This document shows positions 1 to 13,300 of a DNA stretch of 64,000 nt, piece after piece (position 1 is the first letter of the stretch; each line of letters starts with the position of its first letter). The position numbers were made by a program, and so were the translations under genes. Below the pieces are notes generated by a model. The model was not told the DNA's origin, did no database searches, and was given only the letters and a program-made list of their open reading frames with translations. Origin of the DNA: Squalus acanthias (Eukaryota); the NCBI GenBank assembly GCA_030390025.1, contig CM059445.1:16740001-16804000 (forward strand), in the 5' to 3' direction.

Positions 1-1256
1 ATAACAAGGGGCCATAGTTTCAAGGTAAGGGGCAGGAGGTTTAGAGGGGATTTGAGGAAAAACTTTTTCACCCAGAGGGTGGTTGGAATCTGGAACTCAC
101 TGCCTGAAAGGGTGGTAGAGGCAGGAACCCTCACAACATTCAAGCAGCATTTAGATGAGCACTTGAAACGCCATAGCATACAAGGCTACGGACCAAGTGC
201 TGGAAAATGGGATTAGAATTAGACAGGGCTTGATGGCCGGCGCGGACACGATGGGCCGAAGGGCCTCTTTCTGTGCTGTATGACTCTATGGGCTGGATTT
301 TGAATGACCCATGGAGTCGGGTTTGGAGGCGTGTGGGGGGTTAAATTTGCGGGGTCGGGGTTTCCGACTCCATCCCGCCTCCACGCAATTTTGACAAAAT
401 CAGTCGCGGGGTTCCCGACTCCGTCCCGCCTCCAAGAGGCGGGAGAGGCCATTAAAGCCCTTAACAAGCCCTAAATTGGGTCTGTAATGCTATTTTGAAA
501 CGTTGTAGCTAGTTTAACCCTTTTCTGACGTGAAGCACGCCTGGTGTGAAACACTCCAGTGAAACCTGGCGGGAGCGCAAATGGATAGCTGACTATCAGC
601 TGGAAGTGCACTATTACAACGGAGGTGTGAAAGTCGCCTCTGATACTGCTACATTCAATGTCATGGTATTTGGTGTAAGAGGACTTGGATGCAAAAAATT
701 CATCTCACTCTCACTCATTTGCATCCAGGTCCACTCACATCAGAAGCAATGCAGACAGGTCCTCTCTCACCAGTAGCCAGACAATCTCTGAAAGCAGGCA
801 GGCAGCAATGATGACATCATCAGAGGCGGGTTTCAGACTGAAGCCACTAATTAGTTCATGGGTTCCCACATGCTGCAACTCAATTGCTCAATTAAGTGAA
901 AATAGCATCAGGCATCCACATTAATCTGGAGTCAGGGGGGGGGAACACGAAATGCGGATTACACGACCCCAACCCGACCCCAAGACAAAAATAAGTTCGA
1001 TGCAATTTTTGGGGAGACTCTCAAGTTGTTGTTGAGATCCAGTCTTCGAACCTGTTCAAGAAAGAAAATAAGTTCACTCGTTGACTGCTGGCAGGTTCGA
1101 TAGGTGCCGGAATTCTTTCCCTTGGTGTTACTTTAAGCAAAACCTTCGGGGCCCCTTTTTAAGGAATCGCAGTCTGGCGCCTGATGAGAGTTAAAGGTCG
1201 AACGATTTGGAAACGGAATGTGCTCACTGTGCATCTTTCCCTTTGTGTCTTCTCAG

Positions 1257-1310
1257 GGCCCTACCGGCCTCACAGGAGGTGTTGGATCCCCGGGGTCAGT
1301 GGGTGAAAAG
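1257..1310 (+). CDS. COL5A3: collagen helix exon, 54 bp: [18 protein letters not shown]
   Basis: tctcag|GGC...AAG|gtgagt. Confidence 0.95.
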
Positions 1311-4300
1311 GTGAGTGTTTTTTTTTGTTTCTATCTGAGCGCCGGTCCCTGGTATGTTACAAAGGAACTGCTCGATCCACTTGCTGTGGTGTTTGGTCAT
1401 TCTAGAGGTGGAGGCGGGGGCGGCGATAGCAGGACGCAATGCACAGCAGAAGATTTCGGCAGAGCGGAGATTGGATCAGTAGGGTGGAGGAGACGGTGCT
1501 CCCGTGTGTGGGGGGGTGGGGGATGGAAAACCTTGGGTTTGAACTCGTGGCTTTAAAATGAAACCCTGGAGGAAATCCTCGGAAGTACAAGAGGGGAGGG
1601 AGGCTTTGAGTTCCACGGAAAACTTGTCTACCTTGCTACATATATTTCGGCGTTCGTCGCATGCCATGGCTTTGGGTAGGAGGAGGGCAAGGCTTGGGGG
1701 GGGGTGGGGGGAGGAGGCCTAGGCTTGCGGGGGGTGGGGAGGGGGGAGGAGGCCATGGCTTGTGGGAGGAGGTCAAGGCTTGCGCCAGTCCCTGAGAGTC
1801 GCCTCACGTTCTGGGATTTATTTGCGTCAGTTCTGTAACTAAGGGCTAGAATTTCGGTATGTTAGCGCCTGGCAGGGGCGCTAAGGGGTTAGCGCCCGAG
1901 TGCAGCGAATGCAGCAACGCCTGCGAGCTTCAGTGCCGGTTTAGCGCTGGCGCTAAGGCCTGGGCCTCTAGCGCCTCGCAGATCGTGACGTCATAAAGTG
2001 CGCAGCGCCCCGTTATCACCCCGGACGGAAAATTGACTTTCGCCCCCCTGCTTTATCGCCTCGCGCCGACAACGCCAGCAAGAGGAGGCGTTGTGAACTC
2101 AGCTGGCCGCTTCGGGAGCGGTAATTAAAGGGAATGCTTTTCAGCTCGCGCAACCTTTATTATTTGCGCCAGTCTGGTGCCTGCACAAAGTTTTAAATGT
2201 TTCATTGGTGCGAGGTGTCCAAGCCCTCCACTTTGTAATGGCAGTCGCCCAGGTCGCCTTGCAAAACAGAACCGACGACAACTCGCTTGTGCAGCATCAC
2301 TGGCCCTCCCCTTTCAGCGAGGGAAGCAGCCTCTGCGATGAAAGAGCGCCGTTCACAATGCGCTCGAAATTGTTTAGCGTTCGGACTTTAGTGCCCTACG
2401 AAAAGTGGTTAGCGCTTGATTTAGCGCTTCACTTCCCTCTTGGAGCGCTAAAGCTGAATTTCGCAGGGAGGCGAGAATGATTAGCGCCCGGCGCTAATTT
2501 TTCAACTTTTTAAAGTTTTAGCGCCCCAAGCGGGGCTGCACCGAACTTCTCCCCCTAACTGGTTACGTCAGATGCGGTTTCGGTTGAGAGGGGCTCGGCT
2601 CCGGGTAACCGTTGTGTTTGACCTTCTTGACAGGGCGAGAGGGGGGAAGCTGGAGACCCGGGATCACCTGGCGAGTCAGGCGTCACTGTGAGTATCCTAC
2701 GTTACAGCAAAGACCCAGAACAAGGCCAATGCAATTACCTTCATTACTGTCGGTGTATATAAGAGGAAATCTCATTACAGGCCAAAACGATCCACGCCAT
2801 CGATAGCAATTTTGTAAAAAAAAAAAAAAATTGCCTGGTTCAAGCGTTTAGCTGTAGCACCGTTGAAGATGCGAGTGTTTGTATCCACAATCTCCCTCAT
2901 TCCTGAATAGCCCATCTCAGCCACGCTACCGAATTGGCCAGCGTCTAATGATTTGGGGCAGTGTTGGTCATTCCCTGAAGGAGCAAGTCCACAAAACTGT
3001 GGACAAAACTTGCACGAAAGTAGTCATCTCACCCCATGTGCCACCCAAAGCTCTGCGCAGAAGAATGAAATGCCACACTGATGCAGCAGAGGACATTCTT
3101 CTGGTCCTGGTCCTGGAGTGAAGGTTTGTTGCCAGGATAGAGTAGAAGGACCTTCACTCTGCATCTGATCAGCACTGGAGGTGCCCTGGCAGAGCTTGAT
3201 GCTGGCATGAGAACAAATCAAAGGCCATTCAGCCCATCAAGGCAGAGACCTGGTTCAGAGGCCTCTAGCAGGGCTGCTGTGGAATCTTCTTCTAGGCCCG
3301 CTGGTGTGGCAGTGCCAATGTGCTTGGATATTAAATACAAGGCGTCAAGGGGTATGGGGAGAGAGCGGGAATATGGTATTGAGGTAGAGGATCAGCCATG
3401 ATCTCATTGAATGGCAGAGCAGTCTCGAAGGGCCGAATGGTCTACTCCTGCTCCTATTTTTCTTTTTTTTTTCTGTTTCTATTTCCCCCCCCCTCCCCCC
3501 CCCACTGGCACCCAGTTTTGGAGCCATGAGGAGTGTGATCCTGGCGAGGTTCTTGCTCAAAAGGCTTCGGTTCTTGGGGAGTAGAAGTGACATTTCAAAA
3601 AATGAGAACGCGGGTCTGGAAATTTACGCTGATTTTGACACCAATTTTTTTTTGTTCAAAAAAATCTTCCCTTAACTCTCAGGGTCCTAAAGGCGAACTG
3701 GGTGAGAAAGGTGATTCGGGTCCTCCGGGAGCAGCGGGACCTGCGGGGGTCAAAGGTCCTCCAGGTGAAGATGGATCCAAAGGCAACGTGGTAAGTTGAT
3801 CAGCCGCTGATTGTATCGGAGGGAATTCCAGAGCTCGGGGCCCAGACGGCTGAAGGCACGGCCGCCAACGGTGGAGCGATGGAAATCGGAGGACGAGCAA
3901 GAGGCCAGAATTGGAGGAGCGCAGAGATCTCGGAGGGTTGTAGGGCTGGAGGCGGTTACGGAGACGGGAAGGGGGCGAGTCTATGGAGGGATTGGAACAC
4001 GAGGATCAGTATTTTAAAATTGAGGCGTTGCCGGACTGGGAGCCAGTGTAGGTCAACGAGCACAGGGGTGATGGGTGAACGGGACTTGATGCGAGTTAGG
4101 TGCGACAACGGAAGGGTTTACTGAGAATTAATAGACTTTTATGTTAAAAATAGCACTCCTGCAAGTACAGTGTAATAGTATGCGATTTTATACAGATACA
4201 ACTACCCTGGGTGTAAAATGTAATAGTACATCCTTGTTTTATGTAGGAAAGGTAATATTTCTAGCTCTGTATTCCAAGTATCACAGCTGGGCTTATTTCT

Positions 4301-7300
4301 TGCCTTTAAGGTATTATGATCCAGCACTTCACTCGCTGTAATCCTCCATCTCTTTTTTGCCCCGCAGGGTCCTGCTGGTTTTCCAGGTGATCCCGGTCCT
4401 TCAGGCGAGCCAGGAGTTCCTGTAAGTGAAAGTCTTTGAAGCTAAACCTCAGTGTGGCCTCCCGGCACTTAATTGCAAGTCAGTGGTCCAGCTAATACGC
4501 CGTACGCACAACTGACTGAATTGCGGGCTGGTGTAGTCATTCACCTTTTCTCCCAATCTGTCTTTATTTTTATTTTTTTTACACACTGAGAAACCATGGT
4601 GAAAGCACCATATTGTCCGGGACAGCAACAATAGGTAGGGATACCAACTCCGGACATATCCCTGGAGGTTTAATACAATACCTCTTGCCTCCAACCGCCC
4701 CATCCAGTCAAACCACCTTTCTTCCCCATCTCTGATCCTTTTATAACTAATAAGTAAACGTGTTCAAAGAAACTGGGGAAAAAATAACCCTATGATTTTC
4801 CTCCTGGTTTGCTCACAGCAATGCCCTGGAGATTAAGCTTCAATTCCCGGAGACTCCAGGCCAATCCTGGAGGGCTGGCAACAATAGGAGAGAAAAGTCG
4901 ATAAATTCAGAACATAAGAAACAGGAGCAGGAGTAGGCCAGTCGGCCCCTCGAGCCTGCTCCGCCATTCAATAAGATCATGGCTGATCCAATCTTGGCCT
5001 CAACTCCACTTCCCCGCTCTCTCCCCATACCCCTTGACTCCCTTGTAGTTCAAATGTCTGTCAATCTCCGCTTTGAATATATTCAATGACTCCACCTCCA
5101 CAGCTCTCTGGGATAGAGAATTCTAAAGATTCACGACCCTCTGAGAGAAGAAATTCCTCCTCATCTCCGTCTTAAATGGGCGACCCCTTATTCTGAAACT
5201 ATGCCCCTAGTTCTAGATTCCCCCACGAGGGGAAACATCCTCTCAGCATCTATCCTGTCAATCCCCCTCAGAATCTTATATGTTTCAATAAGATCACCTC
5301 TCATTCTTCTAAACTCCAATGAGTATAGGCCCAACCTGCTCAACCTTTCCTCATAAGACAAGCCTTCCATCCCAGGAATCAACCTAGTGAATCTTCTCTG
5401 AACTGCCTCCAATGCAAGTATTTCCTTCCTTAAATATGGAGACCAAAACTGTACGCAGTACTCCAGGTGCGGTCTCACCAGCGCCCTGTAAAGTTGCATC
5501 AAAACTTCCCTACTTTTATACTCCATACCCCTTGCAATAAAGGCCAACATTCCATTGGCCTTCCTAATTACTTGCTGGAAGCCATTCTAAAGGTCGGTAG
5601 ATAGTAGGAAGGAGGGATGGGGTTCCACAGTATGAGTTCCTGGAAAAGTCTGACTGTTCGGTGAGGGACGAACGTTTCTCGGGGTCCCGTCAAACAACGG
5701 GGGCGCAAGAGAGCAGCAAAGAAACTGGGTCCTGGGCCCCGTTGGGTGGAACAGTGGACAAACACACTGTGCTTCCGCCACTAGGATTTAAGTTTCAATC
5801 CAACTCGGGCTGATTGGATGAAAGTCATGCTCGTTCATAGAATGATACAGCACAGAAGGAGGCCATTCGGCCCATCGCGTTTGCGCCGGCTCTTTCGAAG
5901 AGCGATCCAGTCAGTCCCTCTCCCCCGCTCTTTCCCCATATCCCTGCAATTTTTTCTCCTTCAAGTATTTAACCAATTCCCTTTTTGAAGGCTACTATTG
6001 AATCTGTATCCACCGCCCTATCAGGCAGCGCATTCCAAATCCTAACCACTCGTTGCGTAAAAAAGTTTTTCCTCATGTCACCTCTGGTTCTTTTGCCAAT
6101 CACCTTAAATCTGTGTCCTCTGGTTATCAACCCTTCAGCCACTGGAAACAGTTTCCCTTTATTTACTCTATCTAAAACCTTCATAGTTCTAAGTGAAATA
6201 AGCCTGGGTCTGTCTCAATATAGTTTGCAGTGGGCATGAATGAACAGCACAAAATTGCCCATAATTTGGCAAGTTGTCAGTCTCGATCAAAGGGGCTACA
6301 AGGATGGCCTGTCACTCTGGGTACAGTAGGGGACATCCTTCTGAAGGTCAGGTCAAAGTGGATTGTCAGAGAAGAGGAGTTTGTGACCAAGGCATCTGCT
6401 CTAGGCTAGAAAGTCATGCACTAGGAAGAGACAAAAACCAGACGGGATGAAAGAAGTGTTGATAATTGACAGTACTTTATGCCAATGTTACATTGTCCAG
6501 CTCCTACCCCCTCCAATAACACCTTTCCTTTGAGATTGTGGGTAAGGTTGGCATTCATTCTTCTCTATTTCCTGCCCCACTAAAAATAACTACTTAGAAT
6601 CATAGAATGATACAGCACAGAAGGAGGCCATTCGGCCCATCGTGCCTGTGCCGGCTCTTTGAAAGAGCTCTCCAAATAGTCCCACTCCCCCCCTGCTCTT
6701 TCCCCACAGCCCTGCAGATTTTTCCTCTTCAAGTATTTCTCCAATTCCCTTTCAAAAGTTATTATTGAATCTGCTTCCACCGCCCTTTCAGGCAGCGCGT
6801 TGCAGATCACAACAACTCGATGCGTAAAAAACAAAACCTCCTCATCTCCCCCTCTGGTTGTTTTATCCAAGTACCTTAACTTATCTGTGACAACCAATGC
6901 ATTTTCTGATTTTATCTTAGGGTGTGGATGGTGGAGTTGGTGAGAAGGGCAGCCTTGGAGACCCTGGATTACCGGTAGGTTCTTCACAGTCAAAGCAAAA
7001 CTATGCATTCATCAAAAACTGCTTATATTGTCTTAAAAGTATTTTTTTTTTTGGTTTAAACTCCTTCCCCCACCTCCCCACACCCATCTCCCACAAATCG
7101 CTGGGGTGCTATGCCTACAACTAGCTGACAGCATGGACTAAACAGACGCAGTTCCAATGGGTTTCTTCCTCCTGTGCGCAAGGTGCAGTCGCCCTGCAGC
7201 ACTGTCAGGGAAATGTAAAAAATGAGAAGTCGCACAACACCAGGTTATAGTCCAACAGATTTATTTAATTTTACAAGCTTTCGAAGCAGTTCGCTCCTTC

Positions 7301-10300
7301 GTCAGGTAAGTTAGCAATGAGAGAATCTCCCAGAATTCACAATTTAAACCCAGACAAAATCTATTCACATTATTCCTTACAACAAAGAGCACAGCCAAGA
7401 CAATGAGATGTGTCCCAGGGGGTCCAACGTGTCAAACCACCTGCTGGCTGCATATCCTGTCAATTTGTGTTCTTGTGTTTAAAAAAAAACACACCTGGGA
7501 AGACCGGCCATGATGTCAAGTCACGTTCTGTATCGTGACATGAACCCGATATCGCGATTGAGGCCATCCTCATGAGTGCGGAACTTGGCTATCAGTTTCT
7601 GCTCTATGATTTTGCGCTGTCGTGTATCTCGAAGGCCGCCTTGGAGAACGCTTACCCGCAGATCCGAGGCTGAATGCCCCTGGCTGCTGAAGTGTTCCCC
7701 GACTGGGAGGCAACCCTCCTGCCTGGCGATTGTTGCGCGGTGTCCGTTCATACGTTGTCTCAGTGTCTGCATGGTCTCGCCGATGTACCATGCTCTGGAG
7801 CATCCTTTACTGCAACGTATCAGGTAGACAACGTTGGCCGAGTCACATGAGTATGTACCGTGTACCTGGTGGGTAGTGTCCTCACGTGTAATGATGGTAT
7901 CTGTGTCCATGATTTGGCATGTCTTGCAGAGGTTGCCGTGGCAGGGTTGTGTGGTGTCTTGGTTGCTGTTCTCCTGAAAGATGGGTAATCTGCTGCGAAC
8001 GATGGTACTTTTGAGGTTAGGCGGCTGCTTGAAGCCGCCTAACCTCAAAAGTACCATCGTTCGCAGCAGATTACCCATCTTTCAGGAGAACAGCAACCAA
8101 GACACCACACAACCCTGCCACGGCAACCTCTGCAAGACATGCCAAATCATGAACACAGATACCATCATTACACGTGAGGACACTACCCACCAGGTACACG
8201 GTACATACTCATGTGACTCGGCCAACGTTGTCTACCTGATACGTTGCAGTAAAGGATGCTCCAGAGCATGGTACATCGGCGAGACCATGCAGACACTGAG
8301 ACAACGTATGAACGGACACCGCGCAACAATCGCCAGGCAGGAGGGTTGCCTCCCAGTCGGGGAACACTTCAGCAGCCAGGGGCATTCAGCCTCGGATCTG
8401 CGGGTAAGCGTTCTCCAAGGCGGCCTTCGAGATACACGACAGCGCAAAATCATAGAGCAGAAACTGATAGCCAAGTTCCGCACTCATGAGGATGGCCTCA
8501 ATCGCGATATCGGGTTCATGTCACGATACAGAACGTGACTTGACATCATGGCCGGTCTTCCCAGGTGTGTTTTTTTTTAAACACAAGAACACAAATTGAC
8601 AGGATATGCAGCCAGCAGGTGGTTTGACACGTTGGACCCCCTGGGACACATCTCATTGTCTTGGCTGTGCTCTTTGTTGTAAGGAATAATGTGAATAGAT
8701 TTTGTCTGGGTTTAAATTGTGAATTCTGGGAGATTCTCTCATTGCTAACTTACCTGACGAAGGAGCGAACTGCTTCGAAAGCTTGTAAAATTAAATAAAT
8801 CTGTTGGACTATAACCTGGTGTTGTGTGACTTCTCATTTTTGTCCACCCCAGTCCAACGCCGGCATCTCCACATCAGGGAAATGTAATGCAGCAGAGTTT
8901 AGAGGGTGTGAGCTGTTGCTGGATTTGTTAGTTACTTATGAAACTTTTTCTTGCTCCAAACTGTGATGTAAACAGAGAGGGACAGAGAAATGTCCAGGCC
9001 CAGAATGGCCCTTTTCTAGTTGGTCAAAATGTACATGAAAAGTCTTGGGGGTGGGGGGGGTGAATTCGGTTGCTTTGCGCCTCCCGCTAGCGCCCCAAGA
9101 GAGCACTAACGGGGCGCAAAGCAACTCGCGTCCGGGCACGGTGCCGCCAACGCCTCCCGTGAAATTCAGCAGGAGGTTAGCAGCGGCGCTAACCGTTAGC
9201 GCCCCGCGGCCCTGTGCCGCCGGCGATGATGTCATCGCCGTGCGCAGCGCCCCGCTTGCGCCCCGGCCGCGATCTTTAGTAGCGCCCCCTGACTTACCGC
9301 CGGACGCTATTTAAAGGCGAGGTGCCGGGCGGCCATTTTTGTTGCCAGCACCTGCCCCCGTTGCCATCCCTGGCCTCCTTACCCAACCCCCCGCGGAGTG
9401 CCGGCTGCGCGCCTTGAGCCCAGCACTTCTCTTGAGTGCCGGGCTCTTTTGCCGGTACTTCCGATCTGGGCCCCGGGTCACGCTGCGCAAGGCCGCGATA
9501 TTCCCTTGCAGCGCCCCAGTAGCGCCCCGCTTCCCTCTTGGGGCGCTTTGTAACTTCCTGCTCCCATCTACACAACATCCTAATTATCTGCAAATCTGGA
9601 TATTCCTTCATCCAAATCATTAATGTATGTGGTTAAAGAGAGACTTGCATTTATATAGCGTTCTTCACGATCTCAGGACGTCCCAAAACGCTTTACAGCC
9701 AATGGAGTACTATAGAAGTGTAGTTACCGTTGTACTGTAGTGAAAGCTGAGACCTTGGTACAGATCTGAGTAGATCATGCCAATCGGAGGCCTTTATCCC
9801 TATAACTTCCAATCAATTAGCAGTTGCTTGTTCAACACTTCCAGTAACGACTGAATGGAAATCACAGCAACACTTCAACCAGCTTTTTTGCTCCAGCCAG
9901 CCAATTGCTTGTTCTCGAAGCTGCTGAAGAGGCTGAATCCATGTAACGTCTCTTTGTTGGGTTTGCAGGGTCCAATTGGTGCATCTGGCGAACCAGGTCC
10001 TCCTGGGTCTCCTGGAAAGAGAGTAAGTATTGCATACAAGACAGAAGAGCTTGCACTTATATAGCGCCTTTCACGACCTCCGGACGACCCAAAGTGCTTT
10101 ACAACCAATGAGCTACTTTGAAGTGTTGTAATGTAGGAAACGCGGCAGCCAATTTGCGCACAGCAAGCTCCCACAAACAGCACTCTGATAATGACCAGAT
10201 CATCTGTTTTAGGTGTTGGTTGAGGGATAAATATTGAGCAGAACACCGAGGAGAATTCCCCTGCTCTCTTCGAAATGGTGACCATGGGATCTTTACGCCC

Positions 10301-13300
10301 AGCTAAGAGGGCAGACGGGGCCTCGGTTTAACGTCTCATCTGAAAGACAGCACCTCAGACTGTGCGGCGCTCCCTCAGCACTGCACTGGGAGTGTCGGCC
10401 TGGATTTTGTGCTCAAGTCTCTGGAGTGTCTTCCCTGAATGGGAGCAGTTTTGTTTGCGCTCTCAAAGTAGATCCCTTTTTAGAAACCGATTTTTTTCTC
10501 GTGCTGAATGTGCCTCATTTCGACCGTGGGGTGGACTTGGCAGCGACAGACAATTGTATAGACAAGATTTGCTGGCAGGAAGTTGCTCTGAACTTGCAAG
10601 CGTAACTTTAAAGCAGCTGTGTATGTGCAGATCTTGCACAATTCATGCAAATTCATGTTCGCAAGCTTAAGAACCTGCCTGGGGGGTCATTCCTGATGCC
10701 AGGAGAGGCTAGGGTTGGTGAAAGCATATTGCTGACCTGCGCAGAAAGACTAAGGGGTCAGATAACAAGGGTGGATCCAACAGGTCCTGCTGAGGGTAGC
10801 CAACGATCAGAGGGAACCTGAGGAAGACCCTTCCTATGAGCGTTTGGTACCCCTGGTGACATTGGCATCAGTTCGATTTGCTTTTCATGTGTCAGAAACC
10901 CTCCTGTAAAGTTAAACAGGGTGCGTGCCTGTTGTACGCATTCATTTCTGCTGGGCACAACACCCAGCCTCACTGCCTATAGTGCGTGTTGCTTATGCCT
11001 CTCTTCATATCCTGACCAATGCTTCTCTCTCAACCATCGCCAATAAAATTAACAGATGGCTCATCTCATTGCCATTTGTTTCATTTTTAAATTTTAATTA
11101 ACATTTAATTTTGAGATAACCTGCCTTTTTATCTCATTGATATGTCGCCCTTCACATCTCCAGGACCTTCTGAAAGTGCCTCACTGGCAATGAATCACTT
11201 TGGAAGTGCGGTCATTTGATGTGCAGCCAAATAGTGGCAGCGTGGTGCAGAATGGCAGTCACGTCTTCCCCGCTGAACAGTCGCCCCACAAGCGATTCAC
11301 TGTGTAAGACACTTGGGGATGATTTGCTGGCACTTCCAAGGCTTCATCCAGCTTTGAACGTAACTTAACGTTTGGTCACAATAGTCAAGGTCACGGAAAA
11401 GTGAATCGAAATTATGGAATACAATCCCTAACGCTCCCAAAAATTAGCGGAAAAGGAATGTGATTTATTCATAACCCAGTGGCCCCCCCCAACCGTATTC
11501 CTCAGAGTCGCTTGACATCTTTTTCCCTCTGGGAGTAATTATATGGTTTGTCGTTTGTCACTTTAGAAGGCTAGCATCCAAGAGCACGGGTGCCACGTAA
11601 AAGAAAGACCTTCATGATCGAGTGTTTAGTTTTCAATGCAATTCACAGGATCTGTGTTGGGAGGGAGGGCACTCTGCAAATGGAAGCATTGTTTGAAAGG
11701 GATTTGGATGGTGCTTTAACGCCGATGCATCACCGTGACAACCTATTCTGCAAGGTTCCTGCCCTTTGAGTGTGGGACTGGTGCAACCCTGGAATCTATT
11801 TTGTGCCATGTAATTGTACTCTGGTCACGTGCGGCGAATGCTGGAGCCCGAGGCAGCAATAATGTCACGCCGTGCGACCGCAAGCCCTGCACTCTGACTC
11901 GCATCGTTGCTGCCGGATTTTTTTAAATGATTTTTATAAGCTCGCTGGTTTCTAACGCAACTGCTCTCTTTCAGGGGCCTCATGGGCCTGCGGGGTCAGA
12001 GGGGCGAGAGGGCCTGAAGGGCTCGAAGGTATGGCTTTTTAATAAGCTTCACTAAATCGTGATTGTTAAATTTACTGGAGGGTTTTCTGCCTTTATCTCC
12101 AGACGACACGGACTCCGGTTCCATGAGTGCCGGCAGGCCTGTGCGGCCTCACCTGTTTGCCAGCTCTGCTAGTGAGCGTTGGCGGGCTATTTGACTTGGA
12201 GGGCATCACTGATGAAGGCAGTCTGTCCTCAGCTTCAGGCCATCCGCTCTCATTTTCCACCAATGGTCGCTGGTATGTCTGTCGGAACAGGGACCACGTC
12301 TGGATGTTTCCCTCAGCAACTAATCTTGACCCTGCGCTGCTGACCCTGGGTCCGAGGGCACGGCCCAAGCAGAACTTTCCCGTCCGTTTTGCTCTCCCAA
12401 CGGGGAGATGTTGCAGCATCCCAGTAACTCCCATCAAACTTAAATTGGGATACGGAGCAACGCAGGAATTGGATCTACTTTTTGTTTCTTGCCCCAAGCA
12501 ATAGTGTTCCAACATATCGTGATCCTTTGGAATTCTGTCCAGGGGGATATATGGGAAGGGGTTTGGCACACTGGAATTCTGTCCAGTGGGATATATGGGA
12601 AGGGGTTTGGCACACTGGAATTTTGTCCAGCAGGATATATGGGAAGGGCTTTAGCAAACTGGAATTCTGTCCAGTGGGATATATGGGAAGGGGTTTGGCA
12701 CACTGGAATTCTGTCCAGTGGGATATTTGGGAAGGGGTTTGGCACACTGGAATTCTGTCCAGTGGGATATTTGGGAAGGGGTTTGGCACACTGGAATTCT
12801 GTCCAGCGGGATATATGGGAAGGGGTTTGGTACACTGGAATTCTGTCCAGCAGGATATATGGGAAGGGGTTTGGTACACTGGAATTCTGTCCAGGGGGAT
12901 ATATGGGAAGGGGTTTGGCACACTGGAATTCTGTCCAGGGGGATATATGGGAAGGGGTTTGGCACACTGGAATTCTGTCCAGGGGGATATATGGGAAGGG
13001 GTTTGGCACACTGGAATTCTGTCCAGGGGGATATATGGGAAGGGGTTTGGCACACTGGAATTCTGTCCAGGGGGATATATGGGAAGGGGTTTGGCACACT
13101 GGAATTTTGTCCAGCAGGATATATGGGAAGGGGTTTAGCACACTGGAATTCTGTCCAGTGGGATATATGGGAAGGGGTTTGGCACACTGGAATTCTGTCC
13201 AGTGAGATATATGGGAAGGGGTTTGGCACACTGGAATTTTGTCCAGGGGGATATATGGGAAGGGGTTTGATACACTGGAATTCTGTCCAGCGGGATATAT

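Larger units (their letters stand above)
7218..8873. mobile_element. Penelope-like element 3' fragment (GIY-YIG endonuclease end, 3' region, hammerhead) inserted as a fold-back palindrome
   Basis: Both arms encode CHGNLCKTC...NVVYLIRC...[18 protein letters not shown] (PLE GIY-YIG). Arms 7218-8026 and 8033-8841. TSD TCAGGGAAATGTAA at 7205-7218 and 8874-8887. Confidence 0.92.

Noticed and set aside
7521-8538. Two overlapping 185 aa ORFs as real genes
   Set aside because: Their ATG and first ~16 codons are antisense sequence from the opposite arm. They are 5'-truncated PLE endonuclease fragments with no visible promoter.
7218-8841. Palindrome as a sequencing or assembly fold-back artefact
   Set aside because: Disfavoured by the 14 bp TSD, two arm mismatches, a 32 bp extension on the right arm only and colinear exons on both sides. 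Raw reads are still needed to exclude it fully.
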